From Patescibacteria group bacterium (GTDB taxonomy: Bacteria; Patescibacteriota; Patescibacteriia; 2-01-FULL-39-33): a stretch of DNA of 32,000 nt. Shown here in pieces: positions 7,832-16,738 of this stretch. Each line of letters starts with the position of its first letter. Position 1 is the stretch's first letter. The notes beneath the pieces are model-generated. The model ran no database searches, was not told where the DNA came from, and was given only the letters and a program-made list of their open reading frames with translations. The translations under genes were made by a program, and so were the position numbers. The DNA is taken from NCBI GenBank assembly GCA_041662745.1, contig JBAZRV010000007.1, positions 9,180 to 41,179 of the forward strand, read 5' to 3'.

Positions 7832-10540
7832 TTATAGGCCCTTAGCTTGACCGCGTAACTTCGCAAGCTTCTCTTCGGCAGCAGTCAATTTTTCTTTTTC
7901 TTTTTCCACTACCGCCTGAGGCGCATTTTTTACAAATTCCTCATTACCCATCTTGCCTTGCAAACCGCTTAAGTATTTTTCCGTCTCCGTAATTTCTTTA
8001 GCTAAACGCTCCTTTTCTGCTCCAATGTCAATCAGTCCGGTCAGGACTAAATAAATTTCCGCGCCCTCAATAACCTTGACAGCGGAATTTTCCGGCTTAG
8101 CGCCGGCGAAGCTAATCGTCAAATTCTCCAAACGCGCCAGGCGCTTGATAATTTCCGCTTGAGATTCCAATAATTCCTTTTTATCGCTAATAATTATCAC
8201 CTTAACCAGTTTGACCGGTTCAATTTTATTTTCCGCGCGCAGATTCCTAATTGCCGTAACTAATTCTTTGACAAGCCCAAAATCATTATTGCCTTCAATG
8301 CCGGATAAATGCGCGATCTCCTTGATCTTATCCCATAATTTTACTTCTCTGCCAACCGGCCATGGCTCCACCATCAACATCCTCCCCGCCGCCAGTTTGT
8401 CCCAGATCTCTTCAGTGACAAACGGCATATAAGGATGCCAAAGCTTCAGCAAGGTTTGCAGGGTATATAATAGTATTTCCTCTTTGTTGACTTTAGATTT
8501 TTGGCTTTCAATTTTATAAACTTCAAGATACCAATCGGCAAAATCGCTCCAAGTAAAATCATACAAAATCTCACTGGCCAAAGAGAATTCACAATTATCC
8601 AACTGTTTGGTGACTTCAGCGATTTTGACGCTTAGCCTGTCCAACAGCCAGTTATCGGCTAAGGTAATCGGTTCCGGCATTGTTTCCACTAACCTCGGAT
8701 TTTCCACGACAGATAAGATATAGCGGGAAATATTCCAAAATTTATTAACAAAGTTCCTGGCCGCTGCCACTTTTTCTTCATAAAACCTGGCATCGTTGCC
8801 GGCAGTCGTGCCTTTAATCAAGGATAAACGCAAGGCGTCAGTGCCGTACTGATCAATTATTTCCAGCGGATCCAAACCATTGCCCAATGATTTGGAAAAT
8901 TTGCGGCCGTCTTTGGCGCGCAGAATGCCGTGGATATAAACATTCTCAAACGGAATATCGTCCAGAGCGTAGGTGGTCATTAGTATCATTCTGGCCATCC
9001 AAAAAAACAAAATCTCATAGCCCATCTGCATCCAAGTGGTCGGATGATATTTTTTTAAATCAGCGGTTTGCTCCGGCCAACCTAAAGTGGAAAAAGTCCA
9101 AGCGCCCGAAGAAAACCAGGTATCCAAAGTATCCTCGTCCTGGCGCACCTGACCGCTGCCGCATTTTTCGCATTTATCCACTGATTTATCGGAATAAAAT
9201 ATCTCGCCGCAATCGTCACAATACCAGATCGGAATGCGATGCCCCCACCAAATCTGACGCGAAATGCACCAATCGCGCAGGTTATCAATCCAATACAAGT
9301 AAGTGTCGTGGAATCTTTCTGGCGTAATTTTAATAATTTTATTCTTATCATGATTATGGCCGACGGTTACGGCTTCACGCATCAAATCCTTCAAGGTTTT
9401 GTTGCGGCCGGGAATCTGCTTTTTCACGTCCACAAACCATTGATCCATGGGAAGCGCCTCAACTACATCGCCGAAACGATCCGATTTGCCCACATTATGT
9501 TCAACTTCCTCTTCTTTAATGTATAACTCATTGCTCTTCAGCCAAGCCACGAATTTTTCCCGCGCTTCGTTAACGGTCAGGCCTTCGTAATCTTTGCCCG
9601 CGGCCGGAAGCATGCGGCCGTCACGGCCGATAACCGGAATAATGCCGATATCTTTGTTTTGCTCATACATCTCAAAATCAATCTGGCTGTGCGCCGGCGT
9701 TACGCCGACCGCGCCCGTGCCGTAGTCAATGTCAACATTCTTATCGGCAATAATCGTAATCACCAGCGGCTTGGCCGCGCCCACATCCGCCGTAAATTTC
9801 TGGCCGATGTATTGCTTATACCTGTCATCTTTGGGACTAACCGCTACGGCCGTATCACCCAATTTTGTTTCCGGACGAGTCGTGGCGATAGCAATAGGAA
9901 AATCCTTGCTGTATTTAAAGGTATAGACCGTGGTCTTAACCGTTTCATAAACTAACTCGTCATCGGAACAAGTGGATTGCCCTTTGACCGACCAATTGAC
10001 TACGCGATAGCCGCGATAAATCAAGCCATCGGCGAACATCCTGCGAAACAGTTCATTGACTGCCTTGGTGCGCGGTTCGTCAAAAGTATAAGCCAAGCGC
10101 GACCAATCGCAAGACGTGCCCATTTTTTTTATCTGAGACAGAATGACTGATTTTTTTTCCTCGGCATACTCACGGATTTTTTTCAATAATTCTTCGCGAC
10201 CCAACTCCTGACGCGGATGCTTGATGCCTTGTTTCTTGAGTTCATCCTCCACCCTGGCCTGAGTAGCCACGGCCGCATGATCGGTGCCGGGCACCAGTAA
10301 CGCCCGCTTGCCCTTAAGCCGCTGATAGCGCAACTCAATATCCATAATGGAATTCTCCAAGGCATGCCCCAAATGCAGGACGCCGGTAACATTGGGCGGC
10401 GGCATGGAAACGACAAACTTTTCCGGCCGATTGCCGGGCAGATTGTCGGGATTAAAATAACCGGACTCCTCCCATTTGCGGTAGATTCCGTCTTCGACCG
10501 ATTTGGCGTCATACGCCTTGTCCAATTCGATTTTTAGCAT
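7832..10540 (-). CDS. valS: Valyl-tRNA synthetase
   Basis: MPPPNVTGVLHLGHALENS (HIGH motif), GRKFSKSLGNGLDP (KMSKS equivalent), C-terminal coiled coil. Confidence 0.97.
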   Translation of the reverse strand: MLKIELDKAYDAKSVEDGIYRKWEESGYFNPDNLPGNRPEKFVVSMPPPNVTGVLHLGHALENSIMDIELRYQRLKGKRALLVPGTDHAAVATQARVEDELKKQGIKHPRQELGREELLKKIREYAEEKKSVILSQIKKMGTSCDWSRLAYTFDEPRTKAVNELFRRMFADGLIYRGYRVVNWSVKGQSTCSDDELVYETVKTTVYTFKYSKDFPIAIATTRPETKLGDTAVAVSPKDDRYKQYIGQKFTADVGAAKPLVITIIADKNVDIDYGTGAVGVTPAHSQIDFEMYEQNKDIGIIPVIGRDGRMLPAAGKDYEGLTVNEAREKFVAWLKSNELYIKEEEVEHNVGKSDRFGDVVEALPMDQWFVDVKKQIPGRNKTLKDLMREAVTVGHNHDKNKIIKITPERFHDTYLYWIDNLRDWCISRQIWWGHRIPIWYCDDCGEIFYSDKSVDKCEKCGSGQVRQDEDTLDTWFSSGAWTFSTLGWPEQTADLKKYHPTTWMQMGYEILFFWMARMILMTTYALDDIPFENVYIHGILRAKDGRKFSKSLGNGLDPLEIIDQYGTDALRLSLIKGTTAGNDARFYEEKVAAARNFVNKFWNISRYILSVVENPRLVETMPEPITLADNWLLDRLSVKIAEVTKQLDNCEFSLASEILYDFTWSDFADWYLEVYKIESQKSKVNKEEILLYTLQTLLKLWHPYMPFVTEEIWDKLAAGRMLMVEPWPVGREVKLWDKIKEIAHLSGIEGNNDFGLVKELVTAIRNLRAENKIEPVKLVKVIIISDKKELLESQAEIIKRLARLENLTISFAGAKPENSAVKVIEGAEIYLVLTGLIDIGAEKERLAKEITETEKYLSGLQGKMGNEEFVKNAPQAVVEKEKEKLTAAEEKLAKLRGQAKGL

Positions 10541-10599
10541 ACAGGTAATGCTTTAATCCTACTAAAATATGCCATTTTTTTCAAGTTTTTTACTTATCC

Positions 10600-10628
10600 T
10601 TGACAAATCCCGAGGGGTTTGATACCAT
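10600..10628 (+). promoter_or_regulatory. Sigma70-type promoter TTGACA-17-TACCAT
   Basis: ttgaca(10600-10605), 17 nt, taccat(10623-10628), upstream of ORF 10715. Confidence 0.7.
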
Positions 10629-10714
10629 AAGCCAATATTAGAACTTTAAAAAACCAAGAATAAACAGGTAGTCGCCAATAGAAAAATTACCAAACCAACA
10701 AGGAGGACTAAACA

Positions 10715-11020
10715 ATGGACAAAGCCGATTGCGAACGACTACAACAAATCATTGAAACGCTTGCCGAACTGCCTAAGGTTGGAGAAAAGGTTTTGCTGTA
10801 TTATCACGCAAGCAAACACTCAGTAAGCTCGTTTCAAATGCAAGAAATCTCGCATATTTCAGGGGATTGTAATGGTATATACTTTTTTTATATCAATAAC
10901 AACCAGCAATTTCTAGTTTTTGATCAGACTTCCAAATTATGGCATTTAGCTGGGTTAGCCAGTCGATCAATTTCGGTTATCTGGGGTGAAGAATTGAAAC
11001 CCGACTTTAATCCTGATTAA
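10715..11020 (+). CDS. Hypothetical protein (101 aa), no family recognised
   Basis: Strong RBS (aaGGAGGactaaacaATG), own promoter and terminator. Confidence 0.78.
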   Translation: MDKADCERLQQIIETLAELPKVGEKVLLYYHASKHSVSSFQMQEISHISGDCNGIYFFYINNNQQFLVFDQTSKLWHLAGLASRSISVIWGEELKPDFNPD

Positions 11021-11037
11021 ATCAAGTACCTTTCCCG

Positions 11038-11070
11038 CCCTCGGACACTGCGATCCGAGGGTTTTATTTT
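11038..11070 (+). terminator. Rho-independent terminator
   Basis: CCCTCGGA-CACTGCGA-TCCGAGGG-TTTTATTTT, perfect 8-bp stem. Confidence 0.9.
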
Positions 11071-11119
11071 CAAACAAAAATACTCCGACATCTGCCGGAG
11101 TATTTTTTATTTGATATTT

Positions 11120-13252
11120 TTAGCGTCTTTCTTCTTTCTTGCCTTGACGACCTTCAATAATCTTCATTTCCACATTTTTCGGTACTTCCATGTATCTGGA
11201 AAATTCCATGGAATAATTGGCGCGGCCCTGAGTCATGGAACGCACAATGGTGGCGTAGCCGAACATTTCGGCCAGCGGCACCTGGGCGCTGATAACCTTA
11301 ACAGCCGAAGCGCCGACACCGCGGTCTTCCATCGAGCTAATGACGGCGCGGCGCGCGTTCAAATCACCGATAACATCGCCCATAAACTGTTCCGGGGTGG
11401 TTACTTCCACTTTCATTACCGGTTCCAAAATAACCGGAGTGGCGCGCTTAGCGGCATCCTGCAAAGCCATGGAGGCGGCGATTTTAAAGGCAGCTTCAGA
11501 CGAATCAACTTCATGGTAAGAACCGTCATAAACGGTAACCTTAACGTCAATCAAGGGATAGCCAGCCAGAATACCACGTTCGGTCGCCTCTTTGGCGCCC
11601 TTCTCAATCGGCTTAATGAATTCACGGGGCACGGCGCCGCCTTTGATTTCGTCAGCAAAGACAAATCCCTGATTCGGTTCAGACGGTTCCACCCGCAACC
11701 AGCAATGGCCGTATTGGCCGCGACCGCCGGATTGGCGGATATATTTGCCTTCGGCTTCCGCCTTGCCTTTGATGGTTTCGCGATAAGCGACTTGAGGCTT
11801 GCCAATATTGGCTTCCACCTTAAATTCACGCTTCATGCGATCCACGATAATATCCAAATGCAATTCGCCCATGCCGGAAATAATGGTCTGACCAGTTTCC
11901 TCATCGGTGTGAACGCGGAAAGTCGGATCCTCTTCAGCCAGTTTAGACAAAGCCAAAGCCATCTTTTCTTGGTCGGCTTTGGTTTTTGGCTCAATCGCAA
12001 TATCAATGACCGGATCGGGAAATTTAATTGATTCCAAAAGTATGGGGAAAGACGGATCAGACAAAGTATTGCCGGTAGTGACGTCTTTAATACCGACTAA
12101 AGCGGCGATTTCTCCGGCATACACCTCGTCAACTTCTTCGCGCGAGTTAGCATGCATGCGCAAAATGCGGCCGATGCGTTCTTTATTGCCGGTTTTATTG
12201 TTAATAATATAGGAACCTGATTTCAAAATACCGGAATACACGCGATAAAACACCAATTTTCCAACAAACGGATCGGTGGCAATCTTAAACGCCAAACCGG
12301 CCAAAGGCGCATCATCGGAAACAACTAAGGGTATCTCTTTTGTTTCATCATCAACACTATGGCCGATGGGAGCCGGGACCTCCAAGGGGTTGGGCAAATA
12401 TTCGGCAACGGCATTAAGCAAAAATTGCACGCCCTTATTCTTCAGGGCGCTGCCGCATAATATCGGCACGAGTTTATTGGCGATAGTGGCTTTTCTTAAG
12501 GCCCTCTTCAAATCAATCACCGGCACTTCTTCACCGGCCAGATATTTTTCCATCAAAGTTTCGTCAGTTTCCACAATGGCCTCCACTAATTTGTGGCGAT
12601 ACTCCTTGGCTCTCTCTAGTTCGTCAGCCGGAACATCAGTGATCTCCCATTTGGTTCCCAAATCATCGGAATAAACTTCCGCCTTCATTTCAAACAAATC
12701 AATAATGCCGGTGAAAGTATCGGCGGCGCCGATCGGCAGTTGAATCGGATGGGCATGGGGAGTCAGTCGATCATAAATTGATTTAAGATCATTATAAAAG
12801 TTGGCGCCCATGCGATCCATTTTATTGACGAAACCAAGCTTAGGCACATGATACTTCTCTGATTGGCGCCAAACGGTTTCCGATTGCGGTTCCACGCCGG
12901 CTACGCCGTCAAACACAATGACGCCGCCGTCCAAGACGCGCAAAGAACGCTCCACTTCAGCAGTGAAATCCACGTGGCCCGGGGTATCAATCAAATTGAT
13001 CTGGATATCTTGACCGCCCAGCCAGTCGGCGTTAGGCCAATAACAAGTGGTAGCGGCCGAGGTAATGGTGATACCGCGTTCGCGTTCTTGCTCCATCCAA
13101 TCCATAGTGGCTTCGCCCTCATGGACTTCACCGATTTTATGTTTCTTTCCGGTATAAAAAAGAATGCGCTCGGATACGGTGGTTTTGCCGGCGTCAATAT
13201 GAGCGATAATACCGATGTTTCTAATTCTTTCTAAAGGTGTTTTACGGGGCAT
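11120..13252 (-). CDS. fusA: Translation elongation factor G
   Basis: [25 protein letters not shown]...[22 protein letters not shown]...[10 protein letters not shown]. Confidence 0.98.
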   Translation of the reverse strand: MPRKTPLERIRNIGIIAHIDAGKTTVSERILFYTGKKHKIGEVHEGEATMDWMEQERERGITITSAATTCYWPNADWLGGQDIQINLIDTPGHVDFTAEVERSLRVLDGGVIVFDGVAGVEPQSETVWRQSEKYHVPKLGFVNKMDRMGANFYNDLKSIYDRLTPHAHPIQLPIGAADTFTGIIDLFEMKAEVYSDDLGTKWEITDVPADELERAKEYRHKLVEAIVETDETLMEKYLAGEEVPVIDLKRALRKATIANKLVPILCGSALKNKGVQFLLNAVAEYLPNPLEVPAPIGHSVDDETKEIPLVVSDDAPLAGLAFKIATDPFVGKLVFYRVYSGILKSGSYIINNKTGNKERIGRILRMHANSREEVDEVYAGEIAALVGIKDVTTGNTLSDPSFPILLESIKFPDPVIDIAIEPKTKADQEKMALALSKLAEEDPTFRVHTDEETGQTIISGMGELHLDIIVDRMKREFKVEANIGKPQVAYRETIKGKAEAEGKYIRQSGGRGQYGHCWLRVEPSEPNQGFVFADEIKGGAVPREFIKPIEKGAKEATERGILAGYPLIDVKVTVYDGSYHEVDSSEAAFKIAASMALQDAAKRATPVILEPVMKVEVTTPEQFMGDVIGDLNARRAVISSMEDRGVGASAVKVISAQVPLAEMFGYATIVRSMTQGRANYSMEFSRYMEVPKNVEMKIIEGRQGKKEERR

Positions 13253-13298
13253 ACTGGTTAATTACAAATTACGAATTAATAATTACAAATTTTTACTG

Positions 13299-13357
13299 AT
13301 AAATATTTAAATTTTATAAAACTTTTTGGAAGAGGCGAAAGCACGAGCTGTCGCCTC
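13299..13357. repeat. 59-bp direct repeat copy 1 (hairpin-containing), between fusA and the small-ORF cassette
   Basis: ataaatatttaaattttataaaactttttggaagaggcgaaagcacgagctgtcgcctc; matches 14148-14206 with one mismatch. Confidence 0.95.
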
Positions 13358-13375
13358 GAAAAAGAAAAAAATAAA

Positions 13376-13675
13376 TCAACTTCCACCAGCTAAATAATAC
13401 AATTTCAATGAGTCCATTTCTTCTAATTCCGTCTCGCTCATACCCTTGACCGCTTTAATAAGTTTCCTTGCCCAAGCCAAGGCTTCTTTCTTTGATTTGA
13501 AATTGTGGTTTGTCTCAAATAAGATCTCGCCGTGATACTTAATGCATGCATCAAACTTACCTTCATGACGAGTACGACGACTTGACGCTGATGTGTCTGG
13601 CCCCTCAGATTCACAATGAAGATCTTTCTTGGGTTTCGACTTAATAGTCATTAAAGCAAACATACTTAACATCAT
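13376..13675 (-). CDS. Small hypothetical protein A2 of rpsG-fusA cassette family (start probably at 13675/13672; ORF open to 13699)
   Basis: RBS AAGGAGAAAGCC before ATGATG; MLSMFALMTIK... and core ILFETNHNFKSKKEALAWARKLIKAVKG shared with neighbours. Confidence 0.75.
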   Translation of the reverse strand: MMLSMFALMTIKSKPKKDLHCESEGPDTSASSRRTRHEGKFDACIKYHGEILFETNHNFKSKKEALAWARKLIKAVKGMSETELEEMDSLKLYYLAGGS

Positions 13676-13701
13676 GGCTTTCTCCTTTTTGGCTGTCAAT
13701 A

Positions 13702-14031
13702 TTAAGGCAATCTTAGAATAATTACTCTATTCTGTTTATCGGGATCAACCTGGATAGCTCTGCCCTTACTAAAAGTATGAGATTTCGGCGGTAATCCTTT
13801 TAATAGATCCAATAACCTATTGCCCCACTCAGTTGCTTCTTTAGGAGTTTCAAATACGGCTTCGGTATGTAAAATGGGATGATCAAAATTATCATTCAGG
13901 CATAAACAGGACGAAAATCTAAACTTAACTTCTCCGCCATCATGGCCAATGAACCGACCAAATCTTACCGTCAAAGAATCCAATTCTGATTTGCTAATAC
14001 TAACCCCCAGTTCAGCCTGACTAACTTCCAT
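13702..14031 (-). CDS. Small hypothetical protein A1 of the cassette family
   Basis: GGGAGG upstream of the ATG; core PILHTEAVFETPKEATEWGNRLLDLLKG. Confidence 0.75.
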   Translation of the reverse strand: MEVSQAELGVSISKSELDSLTVRFGRFIGHDGGEVKFRFSSCLCLNDNFDHPILHTEAVFETPKEATEWGNRLLDLLKGLPPKSHTFSKGRAIQVDPDKQNRVIILRLP

Positions 14032-14050
14032 TGCCTTTCCCTCCCATCAG

Positions 14051-14082
14051 TTGATTTTTTCTTTTAAGGTTCAAAGTTACGA
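14051..14082. repeat. Cassette leader element, copy A
   Basis: agttgattttttcttttaaggttcaaagttac; near-identical to 14914-14945. Confidence 0.8.
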
Positions 14083-14147
14083 GTGATTTGCTATTCCCAC
14101 CAAGAATCGGCACAATATTTCATGCATTCGCGTTTTGAATACAAACA

Positions 14148-14206
14148 ATAAATATTTAAATTTTATAAAACTTTTTGGAAGAGGCGAAAGCACGAACTGT
14201 CGCCTC
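14148..14206. repeat. 59-bp direct repeat copy 2 (hairpin-containing)
   Basis: 58/59 identity to 13299-13357; contains gaggcga...tcgcctc inverted repeat. Confidence 0.95.
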
Positions 14207-14212
14207 AAAAAA

Positions 14213-14554
14213 TCAACCTATATTTAATTCGACAAACTCCTTACCGTTTTCCTTGCTTAATTGGGATAAAATCCAAATTAAATTAGAGCATTTGTCACCC
14301 CAATCCGTGGCTTTTTCCCAAGAATCAAAAACTGATTTTGTTTCCAGTATGGTAGTGGTCTGAATTGGCAATTTTCTACAACTTTCTTTGCGCTTGTCAT
14401 CACAAATACCGCCAGGACAAACGCCTTCACATTGATAAATACGAACTCGATATTTGGCTTGACGCTTGTTTTTTTTAGAACAGCCAATTTGTTTTACCTC
14501 ATAATGCAATGGCTGATCAGCGGTGAAGCTTATGGTTCCGGAAAATCCGATCAT
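14213..14554 (-). CDS. Small Cys-rich hypothetical protein B2 of the cassette family
   Basis: CEGVCPGGICDDKRKESC segment plus core TILETKSVFDSWEKATDWGDK; 4-bp ATGA overlap with upstream ORF. Confidence 0.75.
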   Translation of the reverse strand: MIGFSGTISFTADQPLHYEVKQIGCSKKNKRQAKYRVRIYQCEGVCPGGICDDKRKESCRKLPIQTTTILETKSVFDSWEKATDWGDKCSNLIWILSQLSKENGKEFVELNIG

Positions 14555-14898
14555 GGTTTTTCTCCTTGTTCGGCTTCGGCCAACTTTTCTTCCAAAGCAA
14601 CAACTTCATTTATAATCTTTTCCATTCTGGCCCATTTCTCCGCAGGAATATTCTCTTCAAATAATTCCACTTCCGGTTCCGTTCTAATCGCATTAACAAA
14701 TCTTTCTGCCCAAGATATAGCCTGTTCTGCCGAATCGAAAATATCATTAGTGTTGAGAACTGGCCGATGGTATTCACCATAGTTATAAAGATTTATCCAA
14801 GCGACAAACTTGCCCCCCTTCTTTGACGGCCCACCAGCATCGCACTTAACATCATCACCACGATTCTGAATAACTAGAAAATCAATCATAGACAGCAT
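14551..14898 (-). CDS. Small hypothetical protein B1 of the cassette family
   Basis: RBS AGAAGGAGAAGAAATATG; MLSMIDFLVIQ... core PVLNTNDIFDSAEQAISWAERFVNAIR, coiled C-terminus. Confidence 0.78.
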   Translation of the reverse strand: MLSMIDFLVIQNRGDDVKCDAGGPSKKGGKFVAWINLYNYGEYHRPVLNTNDIFDSAEQAISWAERFVNAIRTEPEVELFEENIPAEKWARMEKIINEVVALEEKLAEAEQGEKP

Positions 14899-14913
14899 AT
14901 TTCTTCTCCTTCT

Positions 14914-14945
14914 AGTTGATTTTTTGTTTTAAAGGTTCAAATTAC
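14914..14945. repeat. Cassette leader element, copy B
   Basis: agttgattttttgttttaaaggttcaaattac; matches 14051-14082 with one substitution and small indels. Confidence 0.8.
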
Positions 14946-14968
14946 TTATTACTTGTTACGTATTACTT

Positions 14969-15436
14969 TTATCTGGAAAAATGCGCAAAGGCCCGGTTGG
15001 CTTCGGCCATTCTGTAAGTGTCTTGCTTCTTCTTGATGGCAGTACCCTCGCTATTGTAAGCGGCGATCAATTCTTCTGCCAACTTAACGGCCATGCGCCG
15101 GCCTCTTTTGGCCTTGGCGGCGCCGATAATCCAACGGCAGCCCAAAGTATAACTGCGGGAAGGACGGACAGCCATCGGCACTTGATAGTTGGCGCCACCA
15201 ACGCGGCGACCCTTGATTTCCACGGTCGGGGCGGCATTCTTGATGGCCGTATCAAACACAACCAAAGGATCAACTTTTGTCTTATCGGAAATAATTTCTA
15301 AGGCTTCGTAAACAATACCCTTGGCGACGGACTTTTTGCCGCGCTCCATGATATAATTGATAAATTTAGCGATATCCTCGCGGTTATATTTCTCATCGGG
15401 AGCAATCGCTCTTTTTGTTGCTGGTTTACCTCTCAT
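14969..15436 (-). CDS. rpsG: 30S ribosomal protein S7
   Basis: MRGKPATKRAIAPDEKYN...GGANYQVPMAVRPSR...GTAIKKKQDTYRMAEANRAFAHFSR. Confidence 0.97.
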   Translation of the reverse strand: MRGKPATKRAIAPDEKYNREDIAKFINYIMERGKKSVAKGIVYEALEIISDKTKVDPLVVFDTAIKNAAPTVEIKGRRVGGANYQVPMAVRPSRSYTLGCRWIIGAAKAKRGRRMAVKLAEELIAAYNSEGTAIKKKQDTYRMAEANRAFAHFSR

Positions 15437-15544
15437 AATATTGTTAGTTAAAAGTCAAAAGTCTTAAAGCCGTTAAAGTTTTGATTCGATCAGCATACTA
15501 ACATTCTTTTTGACTTTACGGGTTAGACTTTAGACTGGCCAAGT

Positions 15545-15973
15545 TTATTTAGCGGCCTTCTTCTCTTTCTTCATTCCATACAAGCTACGACCGCGCTTGC
15601 GATTAGCCACGCCGGCGGAATCATAGACACCGCGGACAATGTGATAACGGACACCGGGCAAATCCTTGACTCTGCCGCCACGCACCATAACAATAGAGTG
15701 CTCTTGCAGATTATGGCCAATGCCGGGGATATAAGCAGTAACCTCCTGGCCGTTAGACAAACGGACACGGGCAATTTTACGCAAAGCGGAGTTCGGCTTT
15801 TTCGGCGTAGTGGTTCTTACAACCGTGCACACGCCACGCTTAAAGGGATTGCCTTTCTGCATGGTGTGTTTACGGCGATGCAAACTGTCCAAAGTAGTCT
15901 GGATATCAGGCGTTTTTGATTTTGCAACTTTGGGCTTGCGACCCTTCTTAAGTAATTGGTTTATTGTAGGCAT
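15545..15973 (-). CDS. rpsL: 30S ribosomal protein S12
   Basis: [14 protein letters not shown]...[40 protein letters not shown]; about 14-aa insertion before KRGVC. Confidence 0.97.
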   Translation of the reverse strand: MPTINQLLKKGRKPKVAKSKTPDIQTTLDSLHRRKHTMQKGNPFKRGVCTVVRTTTPKKPNSALRKIARVRLSNGQEVTAYIPGIGHNLQEHSIVMVRGGRVKDLPGVRYHIVRGVYDSAGVANRKRGRSLYGMKKEKKAAK

Positions 15974-16132
15974 AACTGAAATAGTTACAAGTTAAGATTA
16001 AAAATTACAGATAAAAAATTATATATTTAATAAAATTAACGATTAAAACGTTAGATTTCAGCCAAAATTACCAAAGTTCATCACTATTGGTCGGAAGCTC
16101 ACGTTCAATAAGCAAACGACCGCAAGAGAATG

Positions 16133-16156
16133 AAAAAATCCCAATTCCGGAATGGG
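16133..16156 (-). terminator. Terminator-like hairpin inside rpsL leader (possible attenuator)
   Basis: Minus strand CCCATTCCGGAATTGGG followed by ATTTTTT. Confidence 0.4.
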
Positions 16157-16226
16157 ACTCTTCGGATAACTTGGCTAATTTTAAACAATTTAACCGAAAA
16201 TATTGTTACTATTTTTTATAGATATT

Positions 16227-16255
16227 ATTTTAACCGATTTTAGCTCAAAAGTCAA
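16227..16255 (-). promoter_or_regulatory. Sigma70-type promoter for the str operon, TTGACT-17-TAAAAT
   Basis: Minus strand ttgact (16255-16250), 17-nt spacer, taaaat (16232-16227), about 250 nt upstream of rpsL. Confidence 0.65.
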
Positions 16256-16271
16256 CGCCAAAAATCAACAA

Positions 16272-16730
16272 TTAACCGGCTATGACCTTTTCATAAACAA
16301 AAGCCGCTTGGTGTCCATACAGACTTTTAATTCGGCCTCGATTCCTAAATCCCAATTTTTTATAAAAATGCAGAGTTTTCCTTTCGTCTGCGGCCGCATC
16401 AACGAATAAGCTTTCACCAGGCTTTAATCTCTTAACCACGGCATTGACTAATTTGGTGCCAATGCCCAAGCCGCGGTATTTAGGACTGACAATCAGAATA
16501 CGCAACCAATTCTGCACAATATCTTGGCTGACATAAATAATGCCGCCAGCCAGATCCTCGCCTGCTAACGCTACAAAACTTAAACCCTTTTGCTTATACG
16601 CTTCCCTCAGATACTCCTTAGTCAACCACTCATCCTTCGGCCACTCCGCCTTACCCAATTTCAATAACTTAACCAAATCGGTTGCGCGCATCTTTCTTAT
16701 GGCCACTTTTGATTTTAAAGCTGATGGCAT
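16272..16730 (-). CDS. GNAT family N-acetyltransferase
   Basis: IRKMRATDLVKLLKL...ILIVSPKYRGLGIGTKLVNAVVKR...LHFYKKLGFRNRG. Confidence 0.88.
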   Translation of the reverse strand: MPSALKSKVAIRKMRATDLVKLLKLGKAEWPKDEWLTKEYLREAYKQKGLSFVALAGEDLAGGIIYVSQDIVQNWLRILIVSPKYRGLGIGTKLVNAVVKRLKPGESLFVDAAADERKTLHFYKKLGFRNRGRIKSLYGHQAAFVYEKVIAG

Positions 16731-16738
16731 ATTTTCAA

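Noticed and set aside
9239-9955. Antisense ORFs inside valS (and similar ones in rplC, tuf, rpsG, nrdD, ftsZ and ftsA)
   Set aside because: All lie opposite strongly conserved coding sequence; shadow ORFs.
11111-12031. 306-aa plus-strand ORF from the ORF track
   Set aside because: Entirely antisense to the conserved fusA gene; its codon pattern mirrors the real frame and it has no independent RBS or family signal.
13299-14206. CRISPR array or transposon interpretation of the 59-bp repeats
   Set aside because: Only two copies, spaced 849 nt apart, with ORFs between them, no cas or transposase genes, and no terminal inverted repeats or target duplications seen.
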